DNA from: Promethearchaeota archaeon
GTDB taxonomy: Archaea; Asgardarchaeota; Lokiarchaeia; Sigyniarchaeales; SOKP01
DNA: 64,000 nucleotides
Direction of reading: 5' to 3'
NCBI GenBank assembly: GCA_019058365.1
Contig: JAHPZE010000017.1
Location: 1 to 64,000 of the forward strand
Part shown: positions 10,322 to 20,179 of the stretch, piece after piece
Layout of the letters: every line of letters begins with the position of its first letter
Position numbering within the stretch: position 1 is the first letter of the stretch
The notes under the pieces: generated by a model
The model's input: the letters and a program-made list of their open reading frames with translations, nothing else
What the model was told of the DNA's origin: nothing
The model's database searches: none
Position numbers and translations under genes: made by a program

Positions 10322-10681
10322 TTACCCTGTACGTTTAATAATATGATATCCAAACTTAGATTTTACAGGTTGCGAAATTTCACCAATTTTTAGTTGAGCA
10401 CTAGCATTCCAAAATTCAGCTACCATATCTCCTTTAGCGAATTCACCTAAATTGCCGCTTTTTTTCTTACTTGGACATGTGGAATATTGCCTTGCTAACT
10501 GTTCAAATTCTTCTCCTGCTTTTAAATCTTCATAAAGTTCTTGCGCTCTACTAAACTTCTCCACTAAAATGTGGCTTGCTTTAATTTTTCCCGCATGAAT
10601 AGGATCCCCTCCTTGTTTTGAACCGCCTCCCTTTGATTGTGGTTCCTTCTGGAATCCTTTTCCATATTTATTTTTTCCCAT
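10322..10681 (-). CDS. ppiC: Parvulin-type peptidyl-prolyl isomerase
   Basis: ASHILV, F..LA.QYSTCPS...G.LG.F, M..EF and FGYHII motifs. Confidence 0.93.
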   Translation of the reverse strand: MGKNKYGKGFQKEPQSKGGGSKQGGDPIHAGKIKASHILVEKFSRAQELYEDLKAGEEFEQLARQYSTCPSKKKSGNLGEFAKGDMVAEFWNASAQLKIGEISQPVKSKFGYHIIKRTG

Positions 10682-10761
10682 AATATTTTCACTAACGTCA
10701 ATTATTCTAATACAATATTTTCATAGAATAAATTTTGTTATCTCGTAAAGATAAAGAGTAC

Positions 10762-11202
10762 TTAATTTATAATTAAATACCGAAAATTCTTTATTTCTTC
10801 AATACTGTTTATTTCAACAACAAGATTTTGGAAATCATGAAGACTTCCATCAAAAACCATGAAAGTTATAAAATGTGGATTAACAAAATTTTGGTTTTTA
10901 CTAATAATTTGGTCTTTATATTCACTTTCAATTCTGTTTAATTTCTTCTGAATATTATAATCATTAGGAGCAACAATAATCATATTTCCAATTATGTTTT
11001 TTGTTAAAGGTATTAGATCACTTGACCCATCAAGACTGGCGGAGATCTCTTCTGTTGACATTAAACGTAATAATGCATCTCTAATTAATTTCGATTTATT
11101 TTCATATTGATTCTTATTGACAAGTTTATTAATAAATTTTTTAAGATTCTCGTTAAGTGACACGGATATTATTGGGGACATTAGTTTTTCTCTTCTCTTC
11201 AA
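10762..11202 (-). CDS. NikR/CopG-like ribbon-helix-helix regulator with ACT-like C-terminus (likely start ATG 11181)
   Basis: IISVSL...L...I..LV....YENKSKLIRDAL RHH pattern; the Ni-binding His cluster of NikR is not evident. Confidence 0.75.
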   Translation of the reverse strand: MKRREKLMSPIISVSLNENLKKFINKLVNKNQYENKSKLIRDALLRLMSTEEISASLDGSSDLIPLTKNIIGNMIIVAPNDYNIQKKLNRIESEYKDQIISKNQNFVNPHFITFMVFDGSLHDFQNLVVEINSIEEIKNFRYLIIN

Positions 11203-11266
11203 TACAGTTTTTTAATATAAAATATAGATGTATAACTTAATAAATCTTTTTTGATAAAAAATAGGG

Positions 11267-13639
11267 TTACAATTTAATCGATCTTGCGATAACATTTCTA
11301 AAATTCTCGATATCATTCACTAACTTATCTGCTAACTCATCAGAAATTTTATCATCTTTACCAAATTTGTTCAATTCGGTAAGCCAGTATTCCATTCTCC
11401 CTAGAATAGCTTCATTTTCTCCTAAAATCTTTCTCACACGAACAAAAGTATCATGTAGCTTAGTTCTAATGTTTTGAGCTTTCCACCTAAGCATGCAATA
11501 ATCAGAGATTTCTGCTAAATTTTGAGTTATTGCCATTACATCAATTGTTTTTTCCCTTTCATCCGATTTAATCTTCCTTATTATGTTGATTTCTTCAAAT
11601 AATAACTCAATTATCTTAGCAAGGAAGCCTGTTAGTTGTCCTGGATGGTTACACCAAACTCTAACCTCTAATGACTGATTAGCCTCAGAAACGTAGATTC
11701 GAGTTATGATTCTACCTCCTCCGACCTTCGCTTCGGAACAGTGCCAACTTTCTGCCTCATATTTTCCTTTAGCATCATTACCTTCATGAGAAGTTACAGT
11801 ACTTACCTCAAAACGTTTTATTGTCCTGACACCTGCCCGAAAAGCCAGACGAGGATCTATATCTGCAATTAAGAAAGCGCGAGCGTCATTCGGAAGATCT
11901 GCGATTGCTATTTGAATATCTTCGATTGTTGCTAAACACGACACAACCAAGGGGCATTTTATTTGGACCTCTTTTTTTCGAATATGTACAGTTCTTTTAT
12001 CCCCTGAGGCTGTTTTGTAGATAACATCACCACCGATATTTGAGATTCCACATTCTTTTGGTTCTAAATAGAAATCCACACCCCTAGAATTCTTTGCTTC
12101 GATAAATGGGATATTTATGAGAGGATCTTTAGTTTTATAACTAGAAGGAACATCTAAAAGGACTTTTACTGAATTAATCGCCATATCACTTTGATTTCGT
12201 ACAACTACCTTCATATGTAACTGTCCTCCGATAAAATCATAATCACGAACTACTTCAACATTCCCTCCATCAGTAGATTCTGTAGTTGGTTTTAGTTCCG
12301 CATGAGATTTTGATTCAATTGGGACAGAATAAGCTACAAATGTTCTTTTTGCCATGTCAATATAACCATCAATATCACCACGCGCAATAATCTGTGCTAA
12401 ATTTTCTTCTATACTTGCTTCTGTAACTCCTAATCGATTTGAAAGTTCTCTTAAAGGCATAGTTCTATAAGCTCTAGCGATTTCCTTTATTTTTTTTTCT
12501 AAATGCTTGTTAGTCATGAATTCTCTTCTTTGAGTAAAAATTCCCTTGATTGTACCTGTTTTAATTAACTCGTGAAGACTTTTTCTTGCTAACTCTACAG
12601 CTATTTTCAATTTTAAGGCAAGTTTAGAGAGTTCAAATAACCCTGTTTCTTTAGAATAATCTTTAATATCTTTATAAATTTGATCTGATGTAATAATTTC
12701 ATATCCACGATCTGCGAAAAACCCATTTACTGCCTTTGCTCTCATTAAATTGACACAAAATGATTTGATAAGTTCTTTTGGAATATTAAATTTATTAGCA
12801 AGGTCTTTTAAAGAGACTCTGCCTTTATTTTTAATTTCTTTGATTAGATTGTCCATTATGTATTTTTGAGTGTAATAGATCTCTTTATCTAACGAGAATG
12901 ATCCTTTTATCTGGTATTGGTTAATTAACTTGTAAATCACCTTTGTGGCAACTTCAGAACTCATATCAAGCATTACACCTAAATCCGCAACTTTAATTAT
13001 TCCTTCATCATGGAATTTTGCAAGTATGTTCTCACGCATTTCTGAAGATATATGATAAAACATCTGATTTTTTTGATCTATAATACCATAGATTCGTTCT
13101 TCATCCATATATTTATTAATAAATTTTATCATTTGTTCTGCAGAAATATTGAATGAATTCATTATTGTTGAAAAGTTAGTAAGTGGAGCTCGTTTTAATA
13201 AGTCTAAAAAACAATTGGGACAAATTTCTTTTCCTATTATGGATCGCAATTTTTTACTACATAATATTAATCTATTTCCTTTAATAAGATTATATCTTAT
13301 CGCTTCCCTAGCAAGCTTTTCCTTTGAAGGAAAGAATAATCCAGGTGTTTTTAAGTACGAATTCCATGACTCAGGGCAATTGGGATTGGTGCATTCTAAA
13401 TAATACTGTCCAGATGACAATCTTTCTAATCTTAAAAGATGGTTACATACGGGACATTCACTATTTTCTACAACTGTACATTTAAAATTTCTTTCAATGG
13501 CTTTAACTTTTGAGTAAAATAGATTATGTTTTTTACACTCATGTGTTTCAGTTGTAGCTATATGATTAATGCAGAAACTGGATTTGCATTTTTCACATGT
13601 AAAATCGATTTTTTGGTTTTCACAGAATAAACATTTCAT
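11267..13639 (-). CDS. Multidomain protein: AN1-like Zn finger, Zn ribbon, five PCI/UFL1-like wHTH repeats, adaptin-appendage-like C-terminal module
   Basis: CxxC-x8-CxxC-x4-CxxH-x6-HxC at the N-terminus; ~60-aa repeats ending in G.(I/F)...; last repeat has a canonical PCI pattern; beta-sandwich plus alpha/beta platform after residue 460. Confidence 0.65.
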   Translation of the reverse strand: MKCLFCENQKIDFTCEKCKSSFCINHIATTETHECKKHNLFYSKVKAIERNFKCTVVENSECPVCNHLLRLERLSSGQYYLECTNPNCPESWNSYLKTPGLFFPSKEKLAREAIRYNLIKGNRLILCSKKLRSIIGKEICPNCFLDLLKRAPLTNFSTIMNSFNISAEQMIKFINKYMDEERIYGIIDQKNQMFYHISSEMRENILAKFHDEGIIKVADLGVMLDMSSEVATKVIYKLINQYQIKGSFSLDKEIYYTQKYIMDNLIKEIKNKGRVSLKDLANKFNIPKELIKSFCVNLMRAKAVNGFFADRGYEIITSDQIYKDIKDYSKETGLFELSKLALKLKIAVELARKSLHELIKTGTIKGIFTQRREFMTNKHLEKKIKEIARAYRTMPLRELSNRLGVTEASIEENLAQIIARGDIDGYIDMAKRTFVAYSVPIESKSHAELKPTTESTDGGNVEVVRDYDFIGGQLHMKVVVRNQSDMAINSVKVLLDVPSSYKTKDPLINIPFIEAKNSRGVDFYLEPKECGISNIGGDVIYKTASGDKRTVHIRKKEVQIKCPLVVSCLATIEDIQIAIADLPNDARAFLIADIDPRLAFRAGVRTIKRFEVSTVTSHEGNDAKGKYEAESWHCSEAKVGGGRIITRIYVSEANQSLEVRVWCNHPGQLTGFLAKIIELLFEEINIIRKIKSDEREKTIDVMAITQNLAEISDYCMLRWKAQNIRTKLHDTFVRVRKILGENEAILGRMEYWLTELNKFGKDDKISDELADKLVNDIENFRNVIARSIKL

Positions 13640-13799
13640 AGTATGAAATACGATTTTAATTTTAGAATCTATATTATAATAGAAAAAATTCTAGCTTAAT
13701 ATTTTAATGGGGGACCAATTTTATTGTTTTAATTTCAATGGAATTTTCTATAGGTTTTTAAACTTTTTATTATATTTTTCACCCTATTCTGAAATTTAC

Positions 13800-14528
13800 C
13801 TAAAACGTTACTTCAGGGAAGACCCGCACTTTTAGAAAAGATAGTATCATTACAATAGTATTAAATAAGATTATTATCAATATCATCACTATTAATATCC
13901 AATTTCTTCTACTTTTATTAGATTTAATGATTTGAGAAGTCCCATGTTTTGCTAAGGCTAGAGGAAATAATCCGATAAACGTCCCTAATGAAAAGTAAAA
14001 TACTGTAAAAATTCCATCAATAAATCCAAGAGTACCACTCAATGAATAAGTTAAACATTGAGTATATATGATAAATTCAAAGATACAAGGAGCAAACCCC
14101 GCAACGATTCCAAAAAGATAGGGTGTTTTCTTTTTTTCCCAATTAAATTGAAAAATCTCATCCTTATGTTTTGAATGGGGTATATAACCTTTTCTCGTTA
14201 TAAAAAATAATAGTATAAATCCCGCAAACATAGAACTTACAGCTCCAAAGAAGTATATGGTGTAGGAATCGGGAATAATACCAGGGATTAAGATCTGTGG
14301 AATGAAACCAATCAGAATGGTCCCTGTGGCAATTATTAAATTCGAAGACATCAATCCCAATCCATAAAGCATTAGGATAAAAATACTTTTTTGCGGAGTT
14401 TTAGAAATTCCAAATGACCAAAAAAAGAATATTGCTTTATCCTCGCACGGTATTAAAGTATGCAGAATTCCTAAAAGGAAAGCTGGAGCAAATATGAGAA
14501 ATAATGGCGGAGGGTAAAATTCTAACAT
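13800..14528 (-). CDS. RcnA/NicO/DsbD_2-like integral membrane protein (possible metal transporter)
   Basis: LLGILHTLIPC..K and GF.PC motifs, about six TM helices. Confidence 0.6.
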   Translation of the reverse strand: MLEFYPPPLFLIFAPAFLLGILHTLIPCEDKAIFFFWSFGISKTPQKSIFILMLYGLGLMSSNLIIATGTILIGFIPQILIPGIIPDSYTIYFFGAVSSMFAGFILLFFITRKGYIPHSKHKDEIFQFNWEKKKTPYLFGIVAGFAPCIFEFIIYTQCLTYSLSGTLGFIDGIFTVFYFSLGTFIGLFPLALAKHGTSQIIKSNKSRRNWILIVMILIIILFNTIVMILSFLKVRVFPEVTF

Positions 14529-14603
14529 AATGGTTTTGAAATTTAAATATGTCTTCTATTAATAGGATTCTCTTATCTGTTTATATATTTACAATGATCA
14601 TAT

Positions 14604-15893
14604 TTAGAATTTATTATTACTGATATGCGGATCTTTTATTAGACAATATTTACTCATGGCATAAAATAATAGTAATAGAAAGATAGTACTTGCAAAATTA
14701 AAGGGAAAGAATTCTTGGAAAAGGAACCATATTCCCATAAATGCTAAATCAAAAAAACTCAAAAAGAAAAAAGTCAATTTCACAATTTTTTTTGTTAAAC
14801 TCGAATTTCGGGGTAAATTAAATATAATAATTATCAAAAGTGGTGTTAAAATTAAAAGATGGTGGTCCCAAGAATCAAAATATCCGAGAAGCATAATTAG
14901 AATACCAAATGTATATCCATATATTAAAGAATAATTATCAAATCTTCTAATTAAATAGAAAATGAATCCTATGCCCCCGAAAATGAAAAGGATAGTTATA
15001 AATATAGGTAATTGCAAGTTTAATAATTGTGTTTGTGAAAAACCTATAGATATAAGGAAGTTTTGAACAAGTTTGGTTATGCTAAATGAATGATTAATAA
15101 GAATAGTATCTTTCCCAGTAAGATTTACGTTCAAAAATCCATTTAATAATTCAGGATACATTAAAAAAATGAAAATATTTAACGATACTGGTATCAAGAA
15201 ACCAATTAAACGAATTATTGATTTGAGAAATTGAATTTCAAATTTTTTATTATCCAAATTAAAATTAATAATTATTATAAAGGGTGTTAAGAATAAAGTT
15301 ATTGGTTTAATAATAACACTAATTCCTAAAATAAGACTAGCAATAAAATTCCATCTTAAAGTACTATGTTTAAGAAAAAAATAAAGTGATATTAATAATA
15401 ATAATGTAATGTATAAGTTAATTTGGCCTAAGATGTAATTAAAAACTTGTGGTAAGCTCACAAGATACAAACAAAGATAAAATATAACTCGACCATCATC
15501 TGATTCATGATTTACTCCTCTTGTTATAATTATTATTTTATAGAGAATCATATAAATAAAGATGTTGAGAATTAGATTAATGATATTAAAAACGATAAAA
15601 CCTATATTGAAACCTAATAGATAATAAGGAACAAAGAAGAGTGCGGAAATTGGAAAATATCTGAAAGGCCAATTATAATCTGCAGTGTAGAGATTCTTAA
15701 TATCATTGATAAAAACATCTCCAACTTTGTAATACACTAAGAAATCATTTTGATTTCTAAATACAGTTAAAGTTAGAATCAAAGAAAGTATAAAATATAT
15801 ACCTTGAAGTATGATTGCATATCTAAATATTTTATACTTCCAGAGCGCTTTAAACCGATTACCAATTTTACTATATAACTTCTCTATTACCAT
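14604..15893 (-). CDS. GT87-family (GT-C fold) membrane glycosyltransferase, copy 3
   Basis: NDFLVYY, FRYFP, GQIN, IKP and SWDHH motifs, many TM helices. Confidence 0.8.
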   Translation of the reverse strand: MVIEKLYSKIGNRFKALWKYKIFRYAIILQGIYFILSLILTLTVFRNQNDFLVYYKVGDVFINDIKNLYTADYNWPFRYFPISALFFVPYYLLGFNIGFIVFNIINLILNIFIYMILYKIIIITRGVNHESDDGRVIFYLCLYLVSLPQVFNYILGQINLYITLLLLISLYFFLKHSTLRWNFIASLILGISVIIKPITLFLTPFIIIINFNLDNKKFEIQFLKSIIRLIGFLIPVSLNIFIFLMYPELLNGFLNVNLTGKDTILINHSFSITKLVQNFLISIGFSQTQLLNLQLPIFITILFIFGGIGFIFYLIRRFDNYSLIYGYTFGILIMLLGYFDSWDHHLLILTPLLIIIIFNLPRNSSLTKKIVKLTFFFLSFFDLAFMGIWFLFQEFFPFNFASTIFLLLLFYAMSKYCLIKDPHISNNKF

Positions 15894-15900
15894 TTTTGGT

Positions 15901-16650
15901 TTATTTTCTATTAAAAAATTTTCTTTTTTTAATTACATATATTATGATACTAAGAGTAAAAACACATATCAATCCAATCAATGTCGGTATTACATAAATT
16001 GGTAAAAATTCAAAAACTATATCTATGATAACGACATTTCCATTAATATAGAGTTTATAAGAATTAAGAATTCCTTGATCGTTATAGATCGCGATAATTT
16101 TAATGTCTTTTGAAGGAACTCCGGGTACAATTGCGTTTTCTTTAATCTCAACATTTAAGGTAGGTAGAACTCTATTGTCTACATTGTACCATTCATTTAA
16201 ACTTAAACCCCCCATATAATCTCCTACAGGAATAGGAAACCAAAATGGAACAAAAGATGTATCATTTGAAAAATTCCATCCTTGAGAGTAATTTTTTGGA
16301 TTGGAAAAATAAACCATTTGAGAATCATTATCTTTAGCACCCCAAATATTTCTGCTATTCCATATCCAGATACTAAAATCTATTTTTAAATATGTTTCAT
16401 TACGTTCTGTATTGGTGATTTTCCATTTCATCGTTGTTCCTTTGCTTAAATTTTGAAAAATTCCAGATGCATCCCAATTATTGCCAAGAATATTATCCAT
16501 CTCATTTTCATTACATAATTTACATTTCCATATTAATTCTTGATCTCTTTTGACTCCTAAACTATAATCAATGGCAACTACATTTGAAATTAAATTACTA
16601 ACTAATAACAGAAGTAGAGTAAATTTTAAAACAATTTTTTTTGGTTTCAC
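15901..16650 (-). CDS. Secreted, C-terminally anchored surface glycoprotein
   Basis: Signal peptide, C-terminal TM helix with basic tail, six N-x-S/T sequons (NLS, NET, NDS, NYS, NFS, NDT); GTG start overlaps the upstream TAG. Confidence 0.75.
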   Translation of the reverse strand: MKPKKIVLKFTLLLLLVSNLISNVVAIDYSLGVKRDQELIWKCKLCNENEMDNILGNNWDASGIFQNLSKGTTMKWKITNTERNETYLKIDFSIWIWNSRNIWGAKDNDSQMVYFSNPKNYSQGWNFSNDTSFVPFWFPIPVGDYMGGLSLNEWYNVDNRVLPTLNVEIKENAIVPGVPSKDIKIIAIYNDQGILNSYKLYINGNVVIIDIVFEFLPIYVIPTLIGLICVFTLSIIIYVIKKRKFFNRK

Positions 16651-17927
16651 TATAATAAACCTCCGCTTTTTTCATTTTTTTGTTTTAATAAACAATATTT
16701 GCTTATTGCGTAGAAACATAAGAGTAAAAAAAGTGTCGGCAGAAAATTATATGGAAATATTGTATATATTTGCATCCAAATACCTACAAAAATAAGACTA
16801 CAAAAACTAAAGAAATATATACTAATATTTAATGGACGAGTTATTTTTGAATGAAAAGGTAAATTAACGATAATAATAATTAAAATCGGTATTAGGTTGA
16901 GTAAATGATGATCCCATGAGTCAAAATATACGAGTAATATGATAAGGATTCCAAAAGCATAACCATATAATATAGAATTGTTTTCAAATCTCCTGAATAT
17001 AAAGATTATAAATCCTAAACCTCCTATAATACCAATACCTCCTAAAATAATTAAAATCTGATTAAATGGAATATTATAAAAATAATAGAAATTGATAATT
17101 AGTTGAGAAATACTAAATGAAAAACTTTGAGCAATTGGATTATTCCCTGTAAAATTGGCATTTAAGAAGCCTTCCCAAAAAGTTGGATAAAAGAAAAAAA
17201 GAATGAAGTTCAATAATACAGGAGTCAAAACTCCAATTATTCTGATTAAACTTCCACAAAAATCAAATTTCACCTTTCGTTCTTCTAAATCGAATTGAAG
17301 CATTATTAAAAATGGGATTAAAAAGAAAGTAGTGGGTTTTATTATAATACTTACTCCTAATATAAAGCTTGCTAAAAAGTTCCATTTAATACTTTCATAC
17401 TTTAGAAACAAGAAAAGAGACACCAAAATTAATAAGGTAATGTATAAATTAATTTGCCCTAAAATGTAATTATAAATGTTAGGTAAGCCAATTAAAAAAA
17501 TACATATATACTTTATAACTCTTTTGTCATCATTCTTATGATCTTCACTTCTAATGAGAATGACTATTTTATAAAGGATTAGGCAGATTAAAACGTTCAA
17601 AATCAGATTAAAACAATTAAACATTATAAACCCTAAATCAAAACCCATTAAGTAAAAAGGTACAAAAAAGTACGCTGAAACTGGAAAATATCTAAACGGA
17701 ACCACAAAATCTAAGGTATAGAGATTGTTGATATCATGAAGAACAACCTTACCTGTTATATAATAAACTCGAAAATCAGTTTGATATCTAAAAAAATTTA
17801 GTGTTAGAAATAAGGATAATATAAAGTAACTTACATGAATTAAAATAGCAATTCGAAAAACCTTGTAATCCCATAAAGTTCTAAACGATTTTTTAATTTT
17901 TAATAAATAAAAAATCAATTTCATCAT
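16650..17927 (-). CDS. GT87-family membrane glycosyltransferase, copy 2
   Basis: TDFRVYY, FRYFP, GQIN, IKP, SWDHH. Confidence 0.8.
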   Translation of the reverse strand: MMKLIFYLLKIKKSFRTLWDYKVFRIAILIHVSYFILSLFLTLNFFRYQTDFRVYYITGKVVLHDINNLYTLDFVVPFRYFPVSAYFFVPFYLMGFDLGFIMFNCFNLILNVLICLILYKIVILIRSEDHKNDDKRVIKYICIFLIGLPNIYNYILGQINLYITLLILVSLFLFLKYESIKWNFLASFILGVSIIIKPTTFFLIPFLIMLQFDLEERKVKFDFCGSLIRIIGVLTPVLLNFILFFFYPTFWEGFLNANFTGNNPIAQSFSFSISQLIINFYYFYNIPFNQILIILGGIGIIGGLGFIIFIFRRFENNSILYGYAFGILIILLVYFDSWDHHLLNLIPILIIIIVNLPFHSKITRPLNISIYFFSFCSLIFVGIWMQIYTIFPYNFLPTLFLLLCFYAISKYCLLKQKNEKSGGLL

Positions 17928-17940
17928 TAGCTTTGACTTC

Positions 17941-19203
17941 TTAGACCTCCTTCTCTTTTTTTTCTCGTTTTATTAAACAATATTTACTTATCGCATAGAA
18001 GGCTAAGATTAGAAAGAATGTAGATTCGAAATTATAAGGAAATAATGGATATGTAAGGTACCAAATACCAGTAAAAGCGAGATCAAAGAAGCTAAAGAAG
18101 AATAAACTCAATTTAATAGGTTCTGTAGTTTTAGAACGTCGAGGTAGATTAAAAATAATAATAATTAAAATTGGTGTCAAATTGAGCAAATGATGATCCC
18201 AAGAGTCAAAGTATGTGAGCAGCATGATGATAATCCCAAAACAATAACCATATATAATAGAATTTTCTTCAAATCTTCTTAGTATGAATATCATGAAACC
18301 TGAACCACCTAGAATCGCTACAACTCCAATTAATATCAAAATTTGATTAAAAGGAATATTAAAAAAATAGCAGAAATTAGTAATAAGCTTAGTAATACTG
18401 AAAGAAAAATTTAACGCTATTGGATTGCTTCCTGTAAAATTAGTATCCAAAAAACCTGCCCATAGAGAGGGATACAATAAAAAGAGTATGATATTCAACA
18501 AAATAGGTGTAGAAACTCCTACTAATCGAATTAAACTTCTCAGAAAATCAAATTTGAGCTTTTTCGTCTCTAAATTAAAATTTACAATAATTAAAAATGG
18601 TATTAAAAAAATTGCAGTGGGTTTAATGATGATGCTTAATCCTAGAATGATGCTACCTAGAAATTGCCACTTAAAATCTGAGAATTTAAGAAAAATATAA
18701 AGAGACAGTAAGATAAAAAAAGTAATATATAAATTAATTTGACCATAAATGTAATTCAGCACATGAGGTAAACCCATTAAATAAATACATATATATAGAA
18801 TAACTCTTTTATCATTTTTTTCATGGTCAATATTTCTTATTAGAATTATGATTTTATACAGAACAACACAGATCAAAAAGTTAAGAAGCATATTAAAAGC
18901 ATTAAATACGACAAATGCTACCTCAAAACTCAAAATGGAGAATGGCATAAAAAATAACGCAGATAAAGGAAAATATCTGAAGTCCCATAAGTAGTATGTT
19001 TGAGTGTAAAGTTTCTCAATATCATTGAGAAAAACGTTTCCCACATTATAAAAAATAATAAAATCATTTTTTTCTCGATATAACGTAAAAAATAAGACTA
19101 TTGATAATATAAAATAAAAGATATGAATCGCTAAAGCATATCTAAAAATTTTATGCTCCCATAACTCTTTAACTCTCTTTATAAAATGGAACTTATAATT
19201 CAT
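17941..19203 (-). CDS. GT87-family membrane glycosyltransferase, copy 1
   Basis: NDFIIFY, FRYFP, GQIN, IKP, SWDHH. Confidence 0.8.
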   Translation of the reverse strand: MNYKFHFIKRVKELWEHKIFRYALAIHIFYFILSIVLFFTLYREKNDFIIFYNVGNVFLNDIEKLYTQTYYLWDFRYFPLSALFFMPFSILSFEVAFVVFNAFNMLLNFLICVVLYKIIILIRNIDHEKNDKRVILYICIYLMGLPHVLNYIYGQINLYITFFILLSLYIFLKFSDFKWQFLGSIILGLSIIIKPTAIFLIPFLIIVNFNLETKKLKFDFLRSLIRLVGVSTPILLNIILFLLYPSLWAGFLDTNFTGSNPIALNFSFSITKLITNFCYFFNIPFNQILILIGVVAILGGSGFMIFILRRFEENSIIYGYCFGIIIMLLTYFDSWDHHLLNLTPILIIIIFNLPRRSKTTEPIKLSLFFFSFFDLAFTGIWYLTYPLFPYNFESTFFLILAFYAISKYCLIKREKKEKEV

Positions 19204-19295
19204 TGAATAATTGACAAAATTTTATTTTAATTTTAAATTCTTAAATTAAATTATTAAAATTAAATTTTTTAAAATTTCATAATAAAAGTTATATC

Positions 19296-19442
19296 ATGTC
19301 TTTTATAAAACTAAAACTTGAAAAAGCAACGTTTGGTATTATTGTGGGAAACAGAGATGTCTTTCCCAGCGAACGAGCAAATCAAGAAAAGATTGAGATT
19401 ATTGAAGTTATGAATAATTTAGGGTATGATTATGTTATTTAA
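19296..19442 (+). pseudogene. 5' fragment (48 aa) of an L-fucose/L-arabinose isomerase paralog
   Basis: MSFIKLKLEKATFGIIVGNRDVFPSERANQEKIEIIEVMNNLGYDYVI* aligns with the N-terminus of 20180..21610 (MSFIQHKELKSSFGIILGNRDVFP...). Confidence 0.88.
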
Positions 19443-19527
19443 AATTATTGACTTAAAAGGTTTTAAATAATGTTATTTATACAGTATAAAGTTACTATAT
19501 CATTATCAAATGAGTTGAGATAGTATT

Positions 19528-20019
19528 TTGAAGATACTGAACTATGAACAAAATTATAAAACTCAATTAATAACCCTTATTGCCAAAAATCGAATTGCTC
19601 TGGCTGAATTAAAAAAAAAAGAAAAACAGCTTGATCTGGATACTGCAAGAGAAGAGCTGAATTATTATCTCAATAAGAATTTCCCCATTTTTATAGCAGT
19701 CAATGAAAATCAGGATTTAATTGGGTTTACCATATGTAGAGTGGATGAGGATATTGTTTGGGATGAATTATTATTTGTCATACCTGAAGAGAGACGAAAA
19801 GGAGTCGGATCTGAATTATTTAAGAGAGCTGAAGAATTTGCAATAGAATTGGGAGGACATACATTATATAACTGGGTTCATCCAAATAATTATAGGAGCA
19901 TTCCCTTTTTAAAAAAGCATGGATACGAGGTTTTGAATCTTATAGAAGTTCGGAAAAATTTACCTAGCGAGAAATTAACTCAAAAAATCAAAATAGGCAA
20001 ATTTGAGTATGATTATTAG
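19528..20019 (+). CDS. GNAT acetyltransferase
   Basis: LFV.PEERRKGVGS.L acetyl-CoA motif A; N..SI.FL.K.GY. Confidence 0.9.
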   Translation: MKILNYEQNYKTQLITLIAKNRIALAELKKKEKQLDLDTAREELNYYLNKNFPIFIAVNENQDLIGFTICRVDEDIVWDELLFVIPEERRKGVGSELFKRAEEFAIELGGHTLYNWVHPNNYRSIPFLKKHGYEVLNLIEVRKNLPSEKLTQKIKIGKFEYDY

Positions 20020-20179
20020 AAATTTATGATAACTTGTTTTAAAGAGACATCCTTTTTTTGTATCCTCAAATTTAACAAAAAAGGAGTTTAGATTAAACCT
20101 TATATTTTTTTAGAATAAAATTAAATCAGAAAAAGAATATAATTATTTAATCAATTAATACCTTAGAAAACCATAAATA

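Noticed and set aside
20050-20085. T/A-rich inverted repeat after the GNAT gene
   Set aside because: Homopolymer-dominated; could be a terminator but is expected by chance
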